Origin: a virus
Strand: one strand, 5' to 3'
Length of the DNA: 64,000 nucleotides
Virus record (IMG/VR): IMGVR_UViG_3300025229_000001
In this document: piece after piece, positions 54,852 to 63,748 of the stretch
Layout: each line of letters opens with the position of its first letter
How positions within the stretch are numbered: the stretch's first letter is position 1
Program-made: the position numbers and the translations under genes
The notes under the pieces: model-generated
Database searches by the model: none
The model's input: the letters and a program-made list of their open reading frames with translations, nothing else
Told to the model about the DNA's origin: nothing

Positions 54852-55115
54852 ATGAAATACATCGTCACTCTGATCGACGGCAAAGAGTCGATCTTCGTGT
54901 TTCCCCGGAGCATCAATCACGACCGCTTTCATGAGTCGCTCGCAGCGATCCGATTCGGGTCGGAGCAGAACTGGCGGCGACACGTTCTTGGCGATCCCAG
55001 CGATTTGGTGTCAGCCGGGTTCGTGGACGACGGATTCTGTCACGGACATAGCGAGACGCTCCGCCTGAAGTCGCGAGGCGACGCTGACACGGTGCTGTTG
55101 AGGGGATGGAAATGA
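54852..55115 (+). CDS. Hypothetical protein
   Basis: Coupled ORF. Confidence 0.65.
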   Translation: MKYIVTLIDGKESIFVFPRSINHDRFHESLAAIRFGSEQNWRRHVLGDPSDLVSAGFVDDGFCHGHSETLRLKSRGDADTVLLRGWK

Positions 55116-55765
55116 CAACCGAACAGTGGGCGCCACCCCGAATCTGGCTACAACGCGAGCAAGGCGACCACGGCATGCACACGTGGTGTGAGGATTCCGT
55201 AGGCGACGGCGACATTATCGAGGAGGCTGAGTATGTGCGGGTTGACCGAAAGGCGACCGACACGAATGCCGCGTCTATCGCCTTCGAGAACTCCAAGTAT
55301 TACTTCACCGGCGAAAGCCCGGTGCGTCGCATCGAAGATTGGCGGGTGTGGATCGACGCGTGGAACGCCGCACTATCCGCCAGCCAGCCGAAAGCACTTC
55401 CGAATCTCGCCGTCTGGTACGGACCCATGCCCGAGAGCAACGGCAAAACGAACTGGACGGCGATCTTACACGCAGGCGAGATCTGGAAGGGAATCACGAT
55501 CGACCGCTCAGAATACCCAGATCGCGTGCGCTATGAAGCCGATCGCATGCGCTGGATGATCGGCGAACTGGATAAAGAACCGTCCACTCTAGACTACGAC
55601 GCGGACAAGCATAGCGGGTATGTGCCGCCTGTCAGCCAGCCGAAAGCGCTGACGGACGAAAAGATCGACGCCGCGATCCTTGAATGGTTTTCATACGAGC
55701 GCAATCAGGACGATTTTCGAGCCCGCATGCGCGCTGCAATCATTGCTGCCACGGAGGCCAAATGA
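55112..55765 (+). CDS. Modular hypothetical phage protein
   Basis: Contains VWYGPMPESNGKTNWTAILH...DRVRYEADR block; ATGA overlap. Confidence 0.65.
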   Translation: MTTEQWAPPRIWLQREQGDHGMHTWCEDSVGDGDIIEEAEYVRVDRKATDTNAASIAFENSKYYFTGESPVRRIEDWRVWIDAWNAALSASQPKALPNLAVWYGPMPESNGKTNWTAILHAGEIWKGITIDRSEYPDRVRYEADRMRWMIGELDKEPSTLDYDADKHSGYVPPVSQPKALTDEKIDAAILEWFSYERNQDDFRARMRAAIIAATEAK

Positions 55766-55881
55766 ACGCCTGGTATTTCGCTCTGGGCGCATGGTGTGGC
55801 GCCGTTACGGTGTGCATCCTGTTCATCCGCGGCGCCAATCCGCCGGAGCAAGTCGGTCAACGTAGGGAGTGTGAGCAATGA
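55762..55881 (+). CDS. Small membrane protein (39 aa)
   Basis: Hydrophobic N-terminus; ATGA overlaps on both sides. Confidence 0.5.
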   Translation: MNAWYFALGAWCGAVTVCILFIRGANPPEQVGQRRECEQ

Positions 55882-56123
55882 GCACAGTCGCAACGAGCAT
55901 TGAAGATCGGGTGAAGACGATTCTCACAGCACAGTTCGCCTTGGGCTGTGAGGTGCAGATGGACGCGCTGCTAGACGGCGAGTACGGCATGGACGACATA
56001 GACCTTCTGGAAATCACGATGTCAGTCGAAGACGAGTTCGGCATCGAGATCGACGACGACTCCATGAACGCGCTCAAAACGGCGCGGAACATTGTTGACT
56101 GTGTGACGGCGAGGGTGAGATGA
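55878..56123 (+). CDS. Acyl carrier protein-like, lacking the attachment Ser
   Basis: IEDRVKTIL...GMDDIDLLEITMSVEDEFGIEI...KTARNIVDCV aligns with the AcpP pattern; DSLD is DDID. Confidence 0.85.
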   Translation: MSTVATSIEDRVKTILTAQFALGCEVQMDALLDGEYGMDDIDLLEITMSVEDEFGIEIDDDSMNALKTARNIVDCVTARVR

Positions 56124-56251
56124 AAACCGCACTAGACGACTGGATCGAATTCACCCGTGCATCGATTGACGAGCAGTTGGCGGAGCAGCGGGCAAGGGAT
56201 GAGGCCGCATGGTTGCGGTTTCGAGCGGCGGCGTTTGGGCCGCTGGACTGA
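56120..56251 (+). CDS. Small hypothetical protein (43 aa)
   Basis: Not in ORF track; ATGA overlap with ACP-like stop. Confidence 0.5.
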   Translation: MKTALDDWIEFTRASIDEQLAEQRARDEAAWLRFRAAAFGPLD

Positions 56252-56470
56252 TTCCCCGAAGCCAGCGCGGCTCCAACAGCGCCAAGTCAGGTGGGAAGCC
56301 TGGCGCCCTGCGTGATGGTGATTGGCCTCTAAGGGTTGTACCGGCGAGCCAATGTCCCCTTAAAAGGACTGCCAGTCGCTATCGCTCAGGGCAAAAGCGG
56401 ATTCTGCGCGGAAGGCAGTACGAGTAAGCGCAGTGCAGCGAGTAGCTCTGACAAATTATCAGGAGTCCAT

Positions 56471-56656
56471 ATGGGGCAGCATGCAAATCAACGTGCTTGG
56501 GCCGAATTCGAGCGCAAGCAGCGCAAGGCGCAAGACGACTACTTCGAGGCCGAGCCGCCGATTACAGATGACGAGCTGGCCGAGATTGCAAGCGACAAGC
56601 ACTTCGAGCGGATCGACTACCCGCGCACGAATCGGCAGTGGGGAGGATGGCAATGA
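56471..56656 (+). CDS. Hypothetical protein (61 aa)
   Basis: AGGAG RBS before MGQHAN. Confidence 0.6.
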   Translation: MGQHANQRAWAEFERKQRKAQDDYFEAEPPITDDELAEIASDKHFERIDYPRTNRQWGGWQ

Positions 56657-57033
56657 GCGAGGTCAAGCATACGCCGGGGCCGTGGAAGCTCATGCCCCGC
56701 GAAGTGTTGGAAGACGACAGCGTTTATTCCACGCACATCGTCGGCGGCCCCCGCGAGGTTCAAGTCTGCCTCCTAGAGTCATTCGAATCCGCGAAACGAG
56801 CACATGACAACCCGGAAATGAAATCCGCAGTGTTCGAAGCTAACTGCCGCCTGATAGCCGCCGCGCCTGACCTCTACGAAGCGCTCGAAAGTATCCGCCG
56901 ATACGGGCTGGACACCCTCTCAGGGCGAGCAGACGGCGGAGAAGATGACCGTCAGTGGCAGCGCGAAGCAGTCAACGAAATGACCAAGCGTGCTCGAATC
57001 GCAATCGAAAAAGCCACCGGGAGCCAGTCATGA
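56653..57033 (+). CDS. HTPGPW-type phage protein
   Basis: KHTPGPW...ANCRLIAAAPDLYEAL. Confidence 0.75.
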   Translation: MSEVKHTPGPWKLMPREVLEDDSVYSTHIVGGPREVQVCLLESFESAKRAHDNPEMKSAVFEANCRLIAAAPDLYEALESIRRYGLDTLSGRADGGEDDRQWQREAVNEMTKRARIAIEKATGSQS

Positions 57034-57203
57034 GCGCCACATACGAGATACACGACGGCTGCACGACATGCATATCTGATGCCGGTCGCGACCGCTTGGC
57101 AGAAGAGCAACGCCAGCGCCAAGCAGAAATCCTGATGTGGACCACGGCCGGATCTATCGGAGCGATTGCTGCGCTGGTGCTTAAACAACTACTCGGAGCC
57201 TGA
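57030..57203 (+). CDS. Small protein with C-terminal TM
   Basis: ATGA overlap. Confidence 0.5.
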   Translation: MSATYEIHDGCTTCISDAGRDRLAEEQRQRQAEILMWTTAGSIGAIAALVLKQLLGA

Positions 57204-57205
57204 AG

Positions 57206-57400
57206 ATGACCGACTACAACGAACAGCAACGCAAAGCAGCGATTCGCCAGATGGTGGCGCAAGCGGACAACAACATCGAGGCTCAGCGCAAGCGGGCCAT
57301 TGATGCGCTTGGCGAGCGTTGGGTGTGTCATCCGAAGCACGCGCCGAAGCGTGCGCGGTACAACCCGATGACTGGCGCATACCTTGGAGAGGCGGCATGA
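57206..57400 (+). CDS. Hypothetical protein
   Basis: ALGERWVCHPKH; coupled. Confidence 0.6.
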   Translation: MTDYNEQQRKAAIRQMVAQADNNIEAQRKRAIDALGERWVCHPKHAPKRARYNPMTGAYLGEAA

Positions 57401-57597
57401 AACCGCTCGCTGGCAAGCGCTGGTTCTACTCACTAGGGTGGCGCATGTTCGTCAATCACCACGGCTGCCGAATCGATTCCAACGTGCCGATGTGGGCTAT
57501 TCGTGCATTCGAGCGCGGTTATGAGGACGCGCGCTGGGCTGGCGCTGTTCATACCGTCAAGCAATGGCCCGTCAGCAAACTCGCGGGTGCGGCATGA
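57397..57597 (+). CDS. Hypothetical protein
   Basis: GGAGG RBS, ATGA overlap. Confidence 0.55.
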   Translation: MKPLAGKRWFYSLGWRMFVNHHGCRIDSNVPMWAIRAFERGYEDARWAGAVHTVKQWPVSKLAGAA

Positions 57598-57788
57598 CCC
57601 AGCATTACGACAACGCCATCCACATGATGGAAGCGCAAGGCGGCTCTTTCGTTCAGTCATTGGCCCACTGCTACCTGATGGCCGATCCAGTCAACAAAAC
57701 AAAGCTTCGCGACACGTTCGCCGGTTACTTCGAAAACTACGAGCACCGGTTTGATCTGTGGAAGCAACAACAGAGGGAAGCAGCATGA
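57594..57788 (+). CDS. Hypothetical protein
   Basis: GGSFVQSLAHCY..AD..N pattern; ATGA overlap. Confidence 0.6.
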   Translation: MTQHYDNAIHMMEAQGGSFVQSLAHCYLMADPVNKTKLRDTFAGYFENYEHRFDLWKQQQREAA

Positions 57789-58837
57789 GCACAGCACTTT
57801 CAGTACGCCAGGAATTCGGCGCACAAGAGACGACCAACGCACTGGTCGAAACCGCCTCGACGGCCATTGCGGCCAAGGCGAAGGCAATGGTTGAAGCCCG
57901 GTACGTGATGGCGATGCGCCAGCCGCGTAACTGGGATCAGGTTCGGCAAGATCTGATGAGCGAATGCAAGCGCCCATCCTTTGCACACAACAAGAGCGCC
58001 TACTACCGCAAGCCGATCGGCCAAGGCGTAGAGGGCCTGGGAATTCGCTTCGTGGAAGTCGCGTTGCGTTGCATGAAGAACGTTCTGGTCGAGACGTCCA
58101 TGACCTTCGAGGACGACGCGAAAGAGATTCATTGCGTCAGCGTAACGGACCTCGAATCGAATCTGACCTATCCGCTGGATGTGCGGGTGTCGAAGACGGT
58201 CGAGCGCTCGAAGCCGGCAGACGATGGCTCGTATATCTCGGTCCGAAAGAATAGCTACGGGAAGATGGTCTACACCGTTCCGGCCAACGATGACGACTTG
58301 CTCAACAAGCGCGGCGCCCTGATTTCCAAAGCTGTACGGACGCTTGGTCTGCGGATTATTCCGGGCGATCTACAGGACGAAGCAGAGGAAATCATCAAGG
58401 CGGTCCGAATGAACGAAGCCGCCCGCGATCCGGGAGCGGAACGGAAGCGCATCGCCGATGCATTCGCTGAAATCGGCGTGAAAGTCGAAGACCTAACGAA
58501 GTATCTTGGCCACGCGCTTGATACGTGCTCGCCCGCAGAACTGGTAGATCTGCGCGGCATCTATGGCGCGATCAAGGACGGCGAGGCCACCTGGAAGCAG
58601 GTTGTCGAAAACAAGGCCGAGCAGGGCGGGGAGAGCAGCGAAAGCGGCTCAACGAGCGCCAAGGTGATTCCGGTCTGCACTGCCGATGACTTCGAGAAAA
58701 AGTCACCTGAATGGCGAAAGCTGATCGTCGATAAGAAAAAGACGCCCGCCGAGTTGGTCAAGATGATCGAGACGAAGACCAAACTCAGCGAAGAACAGAA
58801 ACTGACGCTGGACTCATGGAGCCACGAGAATGACTGA
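57785..58837 (+). CDS. Probable ssDNA-annealing recombinase
   Basis: AYYRKPIG..VEGLGIRFVEVA; directly upstream of YqaJ exonuclease; family inferred from context. Confidence 0.6.
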   Translation: MSTALSVRQEFGAQETTNALVETASTAIAAKAKAMVEARYVMAMRQPRNWDQVRQDLMSECKRPSFAHNKSAYYRKPIGQGVEGLGIRFVEVALRCMKNVLVETSMTFEDDAKEIHCVSVTDLESNLTYPLDVRVSKTVERSKPADDGSYISVRKNSYGKMVYTVPANDDDLLNKRGALISKAVRTLGLRIIPGDLQDEAEEIIKAVRMNEAARDPGAERKRIADAFAEIGVKVEDLTKYLGHALDTCSPAELVDLRGIYGAIKDGEATWKQVVENKAEQGGESSESGSTSAKVIPVCTADDFEKKSPEWRKLIVDKKKTPAELVKMIETKTKLSEEQKLTLDSWSHEND

Positions 58838-60437
58838 CCGCATAACTCACGACCTGATTCAAGGCTCGGATGAATGGGCACAGTTCCGCCTGACGAAGTT
58901 CGGCGCCAGCGAGGCCGCTGCCATGCTCGGAATCTCGACGAAGGCCAAGCGGACAGAGTTGCTGCACATGAAGCACACCGGCAACCCGAAGGAGTTCAGC
59001 GAGTGGGTTCAAAAGAACATTCTGGACTACGGTCACGAAGTAGAAGCGCTGGCCCGGCCCATCATCGAAGAACTGATCGGGCAGGACTTGTATCCGGTGA
59101 CGCGTTCGCTGGGCGTGCTTTCGGCATCGTGCGACGGCCTAACGCTCGACGACGAGATTGCATTCGAGCATAAGCAGTGGAATGCAGCGCTAGCTGAATC
59201 GGTGCGCAATAGGGTGCTGCCGGAAGAGTATCAGCCGCAGTGCCAGCAAATCATGCTGGTGGCCGGCGCGCAGAAGGTCATTTTCGTTTGCTCAGACGGC
59301 ACGCGAGACAACATGGAGTACATGGAGGTCTACCCGGATCAGGCTTGGTTCGAGCGGATCATCGACGGCTGGGTGCAGTTTGAAAAAGACCTGGCCGCCT
59401 ACGTGCCGCAAGTCATCGAAGAAAAGCCGATCGGCCACACGCCTGAAACGCTTCCTGCGCTGCACATCGAACTCAGCGGCGTTGTCAAGCATAGCAACCT
59501 CCGCGATTTCAAGGCTCACGCACTGGCCGTCTTCGCAGGTATCAACCGTGAACTGACGACCGACCAGCATTTCGCCGACGCCGAGAAGACCGTCAAGTGG
59601 TGCGAAGACGTCGAATCACGACTCAAAGCGGCGAAGGAGCACGCGCTGAGCCAGACGCAGAGCATCGACGAATTGTTCAAGACCATCGACGACATCGGTG
59701 CCGAGGCTCGCCGCGTCCGGTTGGATCTCGACAAACTGGTGACGAAGCGCAAGACCGAAGTCAAGGATTCGATCATCGCCGGCGGCCGCAAGAAATTTGC
59801 TGATCACTGCGCGGCACTCGTGGCAGACCTAGGCTTGGGCGACGTTCGGCTTGAAGTGGCGCCGCCCGATTTCGTCGGCGCAGCGAAGAACAAACGGACG
59901 ATGGCAAGCCTGCATGATGCGATCGACACAGCGCTGTCGAACGGCAAGATTGCCGCCGATGCTGCTGCCCGCGATCTACGCGCGAAGCTCGACTGGTACA
60001 AGCCGCACGGCGAAGCTCATGGCTTCCTGTTCCGCGATCTGCAAACACTGATCCAGAAGCCGACTGAGGACTTCCAGTTGGCCGTCACGACTCGAATCGA
60101 GCTTCACAAGCAGGCAGAAGCGGAGAAGGTAAAGGCGGCGGCGCCGCCCACACCCGCAGTCGTGGCGCCAGCACCGATCGCCACGAAGCCAGTTCAGGTC
60201 GCAGCGCCTTGGATTGGCACTACGCCGACCGGCGCTCCGACACTGCGTCTTGGCCAGATTAACGAACGGCTGGCGCCGATCGCTCTGACAGTCGAAGGCT
60301 TAGCGGCCCTCGGATTCAAGCACGCAGCCACCGACAAGGCCGCCAAGTTGTACCACGAGGAAGTCTTCCCGAAGATTTGCGCAGCACTGATCGAGCACAT
60401 CGATACGGCGGCTCGCGGGCTTGCTCACGCAGCCTAA
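58830..60437 (+). CDS. YqaJ/lambda-exonuclease family protein with long helical C-terminus
   Basis: QGSDEW..FR...GASEAA, SASCDGL, FEHK, QCQQIM. Confidence 0.9.
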   Translation: MTDRITHDLIQGSDEWAQFRLTKFGASEAAAMLGISTKAKRTELLHMKHTGNPKEFSEWVQKNILDYGHEVEALARPIIEELIGQDLYPVTRSLGVLSASCDGLTLDDEIAFEHKQWNAALAESVRNRVLPEEYQPQCQQIMLVAGAQKVIFVCSDGTRDNMEYMEVYPDQAWFERIIDGWVQFEKDLAAYVPQVIEEKPIGHTPETLPALHIELSGVVKHSNLRDFKAHALAVFAGINRELTTDQHFADAEKTVKWCEDVESRLKAAKEHALSQTQSIDELFKTIDDIGAEARRVRLDLDKLVTKRKTEVKDSIIAGGRKKFADHCAALVADLGLGDVRLEVAPPDFVGAAKNKRTMASLHDAIDTALSNGKIAADAAARDLRAKLDWYKPHGEAHGFLFRDLQTLIQKPTEDFQLAVTTRIELHKQAEAEKVKAAAPPTPAVVAPAPIATKPVQVAAPWIGTTPTGAPTLRLGQINERLAPIALTVEGLAALGFKHAATDKAAKLYHEEVFPKICAALIEHIDTAARGLAHAA

Positions 60438-60600
60438 CCTTCCCGCGTCCACCCAGCATTGGATAGAAGCCTACCGGCGTAAATCTCCGCGTAAGTCTGG
60501 GATGGACGCGCCTATACCAGTCGCGCAGACAGCACAGTCTGCGGCGTGTTTGGGGCGGCCGGTCTGGCGCCTCCTTTTTGCAGAGACAGACAGAGAGACG

Positions 60601-61356
60601 ATGAATGAGCTTTCACTCTTCACAGGCGCTGGCGGCGGAGTGCTTGGAACCCGTTTGCTCGGATGGCGCCCTGTCGGATATGTCGAATGGAATGACTACT
60701 GTCAGCGCGTCATTGCAGCGCGAATCCGAGACGACATGTTGCCTGCCGCCCCAATCTTCACTGACGTGCGTCAGTTCGCACAGTCCGGTGCAGCCGACCA
60801 GTACCGAGGAATTGCGGAGGTGGTTACAGCAGGCTTCCCCTGCCAGCCGTTCTCGCTCGGAGGAAAGCAGCTCGGAGAAGCCGACGAGCGAAACATGTGG
60901 CCCGCAACGGCAGATGTCATTCGCCGTGTTCGACCGCGATGCGTGCTGCTGGAGAACGTCACAGGGCTCATTGTTTCTGGATACCTCGGAACAGTGCTCG
61001 GTGATCTGGCCGCGATGGGGCTGGATGCGCGATGGGGAGTGCTGGGAGGCAACCACATTGGAGCCGCCCAGCGTCGAGAACGAATCTGGATTCTTGCCTA
61101 CGCCAAGGGCGAGCGTTGGAACGCACGGAATCTGTTGGAAGCGGGCCAAGAGTGGCGATCACCGCAGTCAGATCGAGGATTACCTCGCCTGGCTAAGCCT
61201 CAATCATGGAGGCCAAGTAGTTTCGGGGCGCACAGTGAATGCGGAATTCCAGGATTGGCTGATGGTGTGGCCGCCAGCGTGGACCGACTTAAAGCCTCTG
61301 GCAATGGACAAATTCCAGCAGTGGCTGCGGCAGCATTCACCATCCTCTCACGCTGA
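60601..61356 (+). CDS. C5-cytosine DNA methyltransferase, alpha-type polypeptide
   Basis: LFTGAGG (I), GFPCQ (IV), ENV (VI), QRRERI (VIII), RLKASGNGQ (X); motif IX not apparent. Confidence 0.9.
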   Translation: MNELSLFTGAGGGVLGTRLLGWRPVGYVEWNDYCQRVIAARIRDDMLPAAPIFTDVRQFAQSGAADQYRGIAEVVTAGFPCQPFSLGGKQLGEADERNMWPATADVIRRVRPRCVLLENVTGLIVSGYLGTVLGDLAAMGLDARWGVLGGNHIGAAQRRERIWILAYAKGERWNARNLLEAGQEWRSPQSDRGLPRLAKPQSWRPSSFGAHSECGIPGLADGVAASVDRLKASGNGQIPAVAAAAFTILSR

Positions 61357-61366
61357 AGCGGCGTGA
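60605..61366 (+). CDS. Nested alternative-frame MTase beta-type polypeptide
   Basis: 253-codon +1 frame ORF with LPTP and NAEFQDWLMVWPPAWT (motif IX-like); ends EAA-stop like neighbouring genes. Confidence 0.65.
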   Translation: MSFHSSQALAAECLEPVCSDGALSDMSNGMTTVSASLQRESETTCCLPPQSSLTCVSSHSPVQPTSTEELRRWLQQASPASRSRSEESSSEKPTSETCGPQRQMSFAVFDRDACCWRTSQGSLFLDTSEQCSVIWPRWGWMRDGECWEATTLEPPSVENESGFLPTPRASVGTHGICWKRAKSGDHRSQIEDYLAWLSLNHGGQVVSGRTVNAEFQDWLMVWPPAWTDLKPLAMDKFQQWLRQHSPSSHAEAA

Positions 61367-61383
61367 TCTAACCGAGCTAAACC

Positions 61384-62145
61384 ATGACGACAAACGACAG
61401 CAAAGACCAGGGACGCGAGGCGTTCGAAGCGTGGAACGATAGCCAAACAGTGCTCGAATTCGAAGACGCGGAAGCCGAAAATCACGCTCTCACCATTTTC
61501 AGGGCCGGCTTTGCGACCGCCCTCGCTACCAGTGCATCCGCTCTCGCTCGCGATGAGGCGAGTGTGGTGATGTCCGGCGGTGCGCAGAACTTCGCCTGCT
61601 TCCTGATCGATAAGTGTGAGGGCGAAACGATCACTGAGGAATCGGTTTTGCACTGGCTCGGCAAGATGCTCGACAACCCACAGTACACATCCCCTGCCGC
61701 CTCTAGCGCAGCCACTGTTAGCGATGCCGCGAGTGTGCAGGACGAGCGAGCGGCGTTTGAGGAACTGCGCGGGCAGATGGCCTATATCGCTGCTTACTCG
61801 CCCGACGAAGCTGACAGCATGAGCAAGGATCGGCTTGCTGGCCGCTTGCGAGCGATCATTGATCGAGCGCGCATCGCCGTGAGCGCTGCCCGCGCAGCAT
61901 CATCAGCCACGGCTCCCCTGACGAGCGATAGCGATGCAGTGCAGTCGATGGATGCTGCCGAGATTGCCGAGTTCGAACGCACCGTAGAGGAATTCATCGA
62001 TGACGGAGAAACGTCGACTGACTACGAAATATTGATGGGTTGGGCGCGACGCGGGCTCCTCGAATGCACTCACTTCACAGTCACAAAGACCGCGCGTGAC
62101 CTGATCGACCGCGCCCAATCCACTAACGGAGAGGCGAAATCGTGA
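61384..62145 (+). CDS. Modular hypothetical phage protein
   Basis: REAFEAW and DERAAFE modules with Ala/Ser linkers. Confidence 0.65.
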   Translation: MTTNDSKDQGREAFEAWNDSQTVLEFEDAEAENHALTIFRAGFATALATSASALARDEASVVMSGGAQNFACFLIDKCEGETITEESVLHWLGKMLDNPQYTSPAASSAATVSDAASVQDERAAFEELRGQMAYIAAYSPDEADSMSKDRLAGRLRAIIDRARIAVSAARAASSATAPLTSDSDAVQSMDAAEIAEFERTVEEFIDDGETSTDYEILMGWARRGLLECTHFTVTKTARDLIDRAQSTNGEAKS

Positions 62146-62657
62146 GCAAGCGACCGAATAACGTCAGCGCTGCGGGTGTGCTGTTGCCGTGCCCGTTTTG
62201 CGGGGAACACCTTGAAGCATGGGGCGTGAATTATCGGCACTCGATCGACAGCAATTGTTTGCTGGCTTTCGCATCGGTTCGAGTGTCGCCTACTGAAGTG
62301 AAAGCATGGAACCGCCGCGCCGCTGCCAACACTCAGGCGATGGGGCAGGCAGTGCAAGAGCCAGTGGCGTGGACGACCGCTGAGCGTCTCGAAACACTAC
62401 GCCGTGACGGGAGCCGCGCGCGCACGATGTGGGGCGCAGACTTGGCCGGCCCTCACGACGTTCCGCTGTACGCCGCACCCTCTCCCGCCGCGCGCGAAGC
62501 CGGGGACGGGGTGATGCTTACGGATGAGCAGCGCACGACCATCCAGCATGCAGCCGACAAGCTGCGCACGGTGTGGGCAAATCATACCGGCTACAAAGAA
62601 TCACGCGAGCTTTGCCACAAGCTGGAAGACTTGCTACGCGAAGCGGGGAGCCGGTGA
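62142..62657 (+). CDS. lar: Lar-like restriction alleviation domain protein
   Basis: LLPCPFCG...C...KAWNRR, then QEPVAW module. Confidence 0.65.
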   Translation: MSKRPNNVSAAGVLLPCPFCGEHLEAWGVNYRHSIDSNCLLAFASVRVSPTEVKAWNRRAAANTQAMGQAVQEPVAWTTAERLETLRRDGSRARTMWGADLAGPHDVPLYAAPSPAAREAGDGVMLTDEQRTTIQHAADKLRTVWANHTGYKESRELCHKLEDLLREAGSR

Positions 62658-63076
62658 TGAGCGATGAACTGATTAAGCGCCTGCGCGAACGTTCACAAGG
62701 CCGAATCAAGTGGTTCGCGATGAACCGGACTGAGACGGCTTACTTCATCGACTTCCAGAGCACATGGGAAGCCGGTGAGTGGATGGAACGCCAGAAGAAG
62801 TCGAGCCCCGAATGGATCGAGCGCGAAGGTGTGCATATCGTCGAGCAGCGCGTCTTCTCCGAACTGGAGACGCTCGCGGGCCAGGCGGCTGATGCCCTCG
62901 AATCCGCTTCGAAGGATGCGATACGGCGGGAGGCATTCACTGAGGCGGCGTTGCGCGCGTCGATCCACTCGCAATATCCAGCAACGACAGAGTATGACCG
63001 GGGCTATGCAAAAGCGCGCGAAGACGCGGCTGCGGCTATCCGCGCCCTGTCTCAAAAGGTAGGAGACCAGCAATGA
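62657..63076 (+). CDS. Hypothetical protein
   Basis: Start MSDELI at upstream stop. Confidence 0.6.
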   Translation: MSDELIKRLRERSQGRIKWFAMNRTETAYFIDFQSTWEAGEWMERQKKSSPEWIEREGVHIVEQRVFSELETLAGQAADALESASKDAIRREAFTEAALRASIHSQYPATTEYDRGYAKAREDAAAAIRALSQKVGDQQ

Positions 63077-63348
63077 GCGAATGCACCACATGCGGCAATG
63101 GCGAACTGCTCCCCCAATACGGCGTTGCTCCCCATGACTGCTTCTACAAGTTAGGAAAGTCGATCGGACAATCAGTGGTGCACCCGCGGCAGTCGTGGCC
63201 TAGCAACTTTGAACTCGACGCGGAGAGCAATGGCCAATGCGGGATTTTTCATTGCCCTGATTGCGGGCCTAAGTTTTCGGCCGGCTTGCCGATCAACCGC
63301 GAACCCGAGCGCGACACGAAGACCATCGACATGTTCTCGGAGGGATGA
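63073..63348 (+). CDS. Zn-binding hypothetical protein
   Basis: CTTC, HDC, CPDC; REPERDTKTIDMF tail. Confidence 0.6.
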   Translation: MSECTTCGNGELLPQYGVAPHDCFYKLGKSIGQSVVHPRQSWPSNFELDAESNGQCGIFHCPDCGPKFSAGLPINREPERDTKTIDMFSEG

Positions 63349-63551
63349 TGATCACCGTCTACAAACGTCGGTTCTGGTGGACAGAGCGCGATGGCACCCG
63401 CAATGAGATCGAGTGCGAGGGTTGGACGCGCGAAGAAGCTTGGCAGCGGGCGCTGACGTACGCGAAACAAAGCGGGTGGACCGTGCCGATATGGTGGCAA
63501 TGGTGGCGGTGGGGCGATGTGCCGCGATCTGAACTAATGGAGCGCCAATGA
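63345..63551 (+). CDS. Trp-rich hypothetical protein
   Basis: Coupled ORF; WWQWWRWGD. Confidence 0.55.
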   Translation: MMITVYKRRFWWTERDGTRNEIECEGWTREEAWQRALTYAKQSGWTVPIWWQWWRWGDVPRSELMERQ

Positions 63552-63748
63552 ACCACCTCAACAGCCGCCGAGCATTCGAAGAATCGCACCGGTCGTTCTC
63601 GCTGGCAAAGCAGCCCACGACGCATCAGGTGCATGACCTCTGCAGCAAGTTTGCACAGATGGTCGCCGATGATCGGCGGGACAAGGTATCCGTGGGGCTG
63701 TCTGCGGCGGGGATTAATGTGGTAAGGGAGCCGAGGACAGGGAAATGA
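63548..63748 (+). CDS. Hypothetical protein
   Basis: ATGA overlaps. Confidence 0.5.
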   Translation: MNHLNSRRAFEESHRSFSLAKQPTTHQVHDLCSKFAQMVADDRRDKVSVGLSAAGINVVREPRTGK

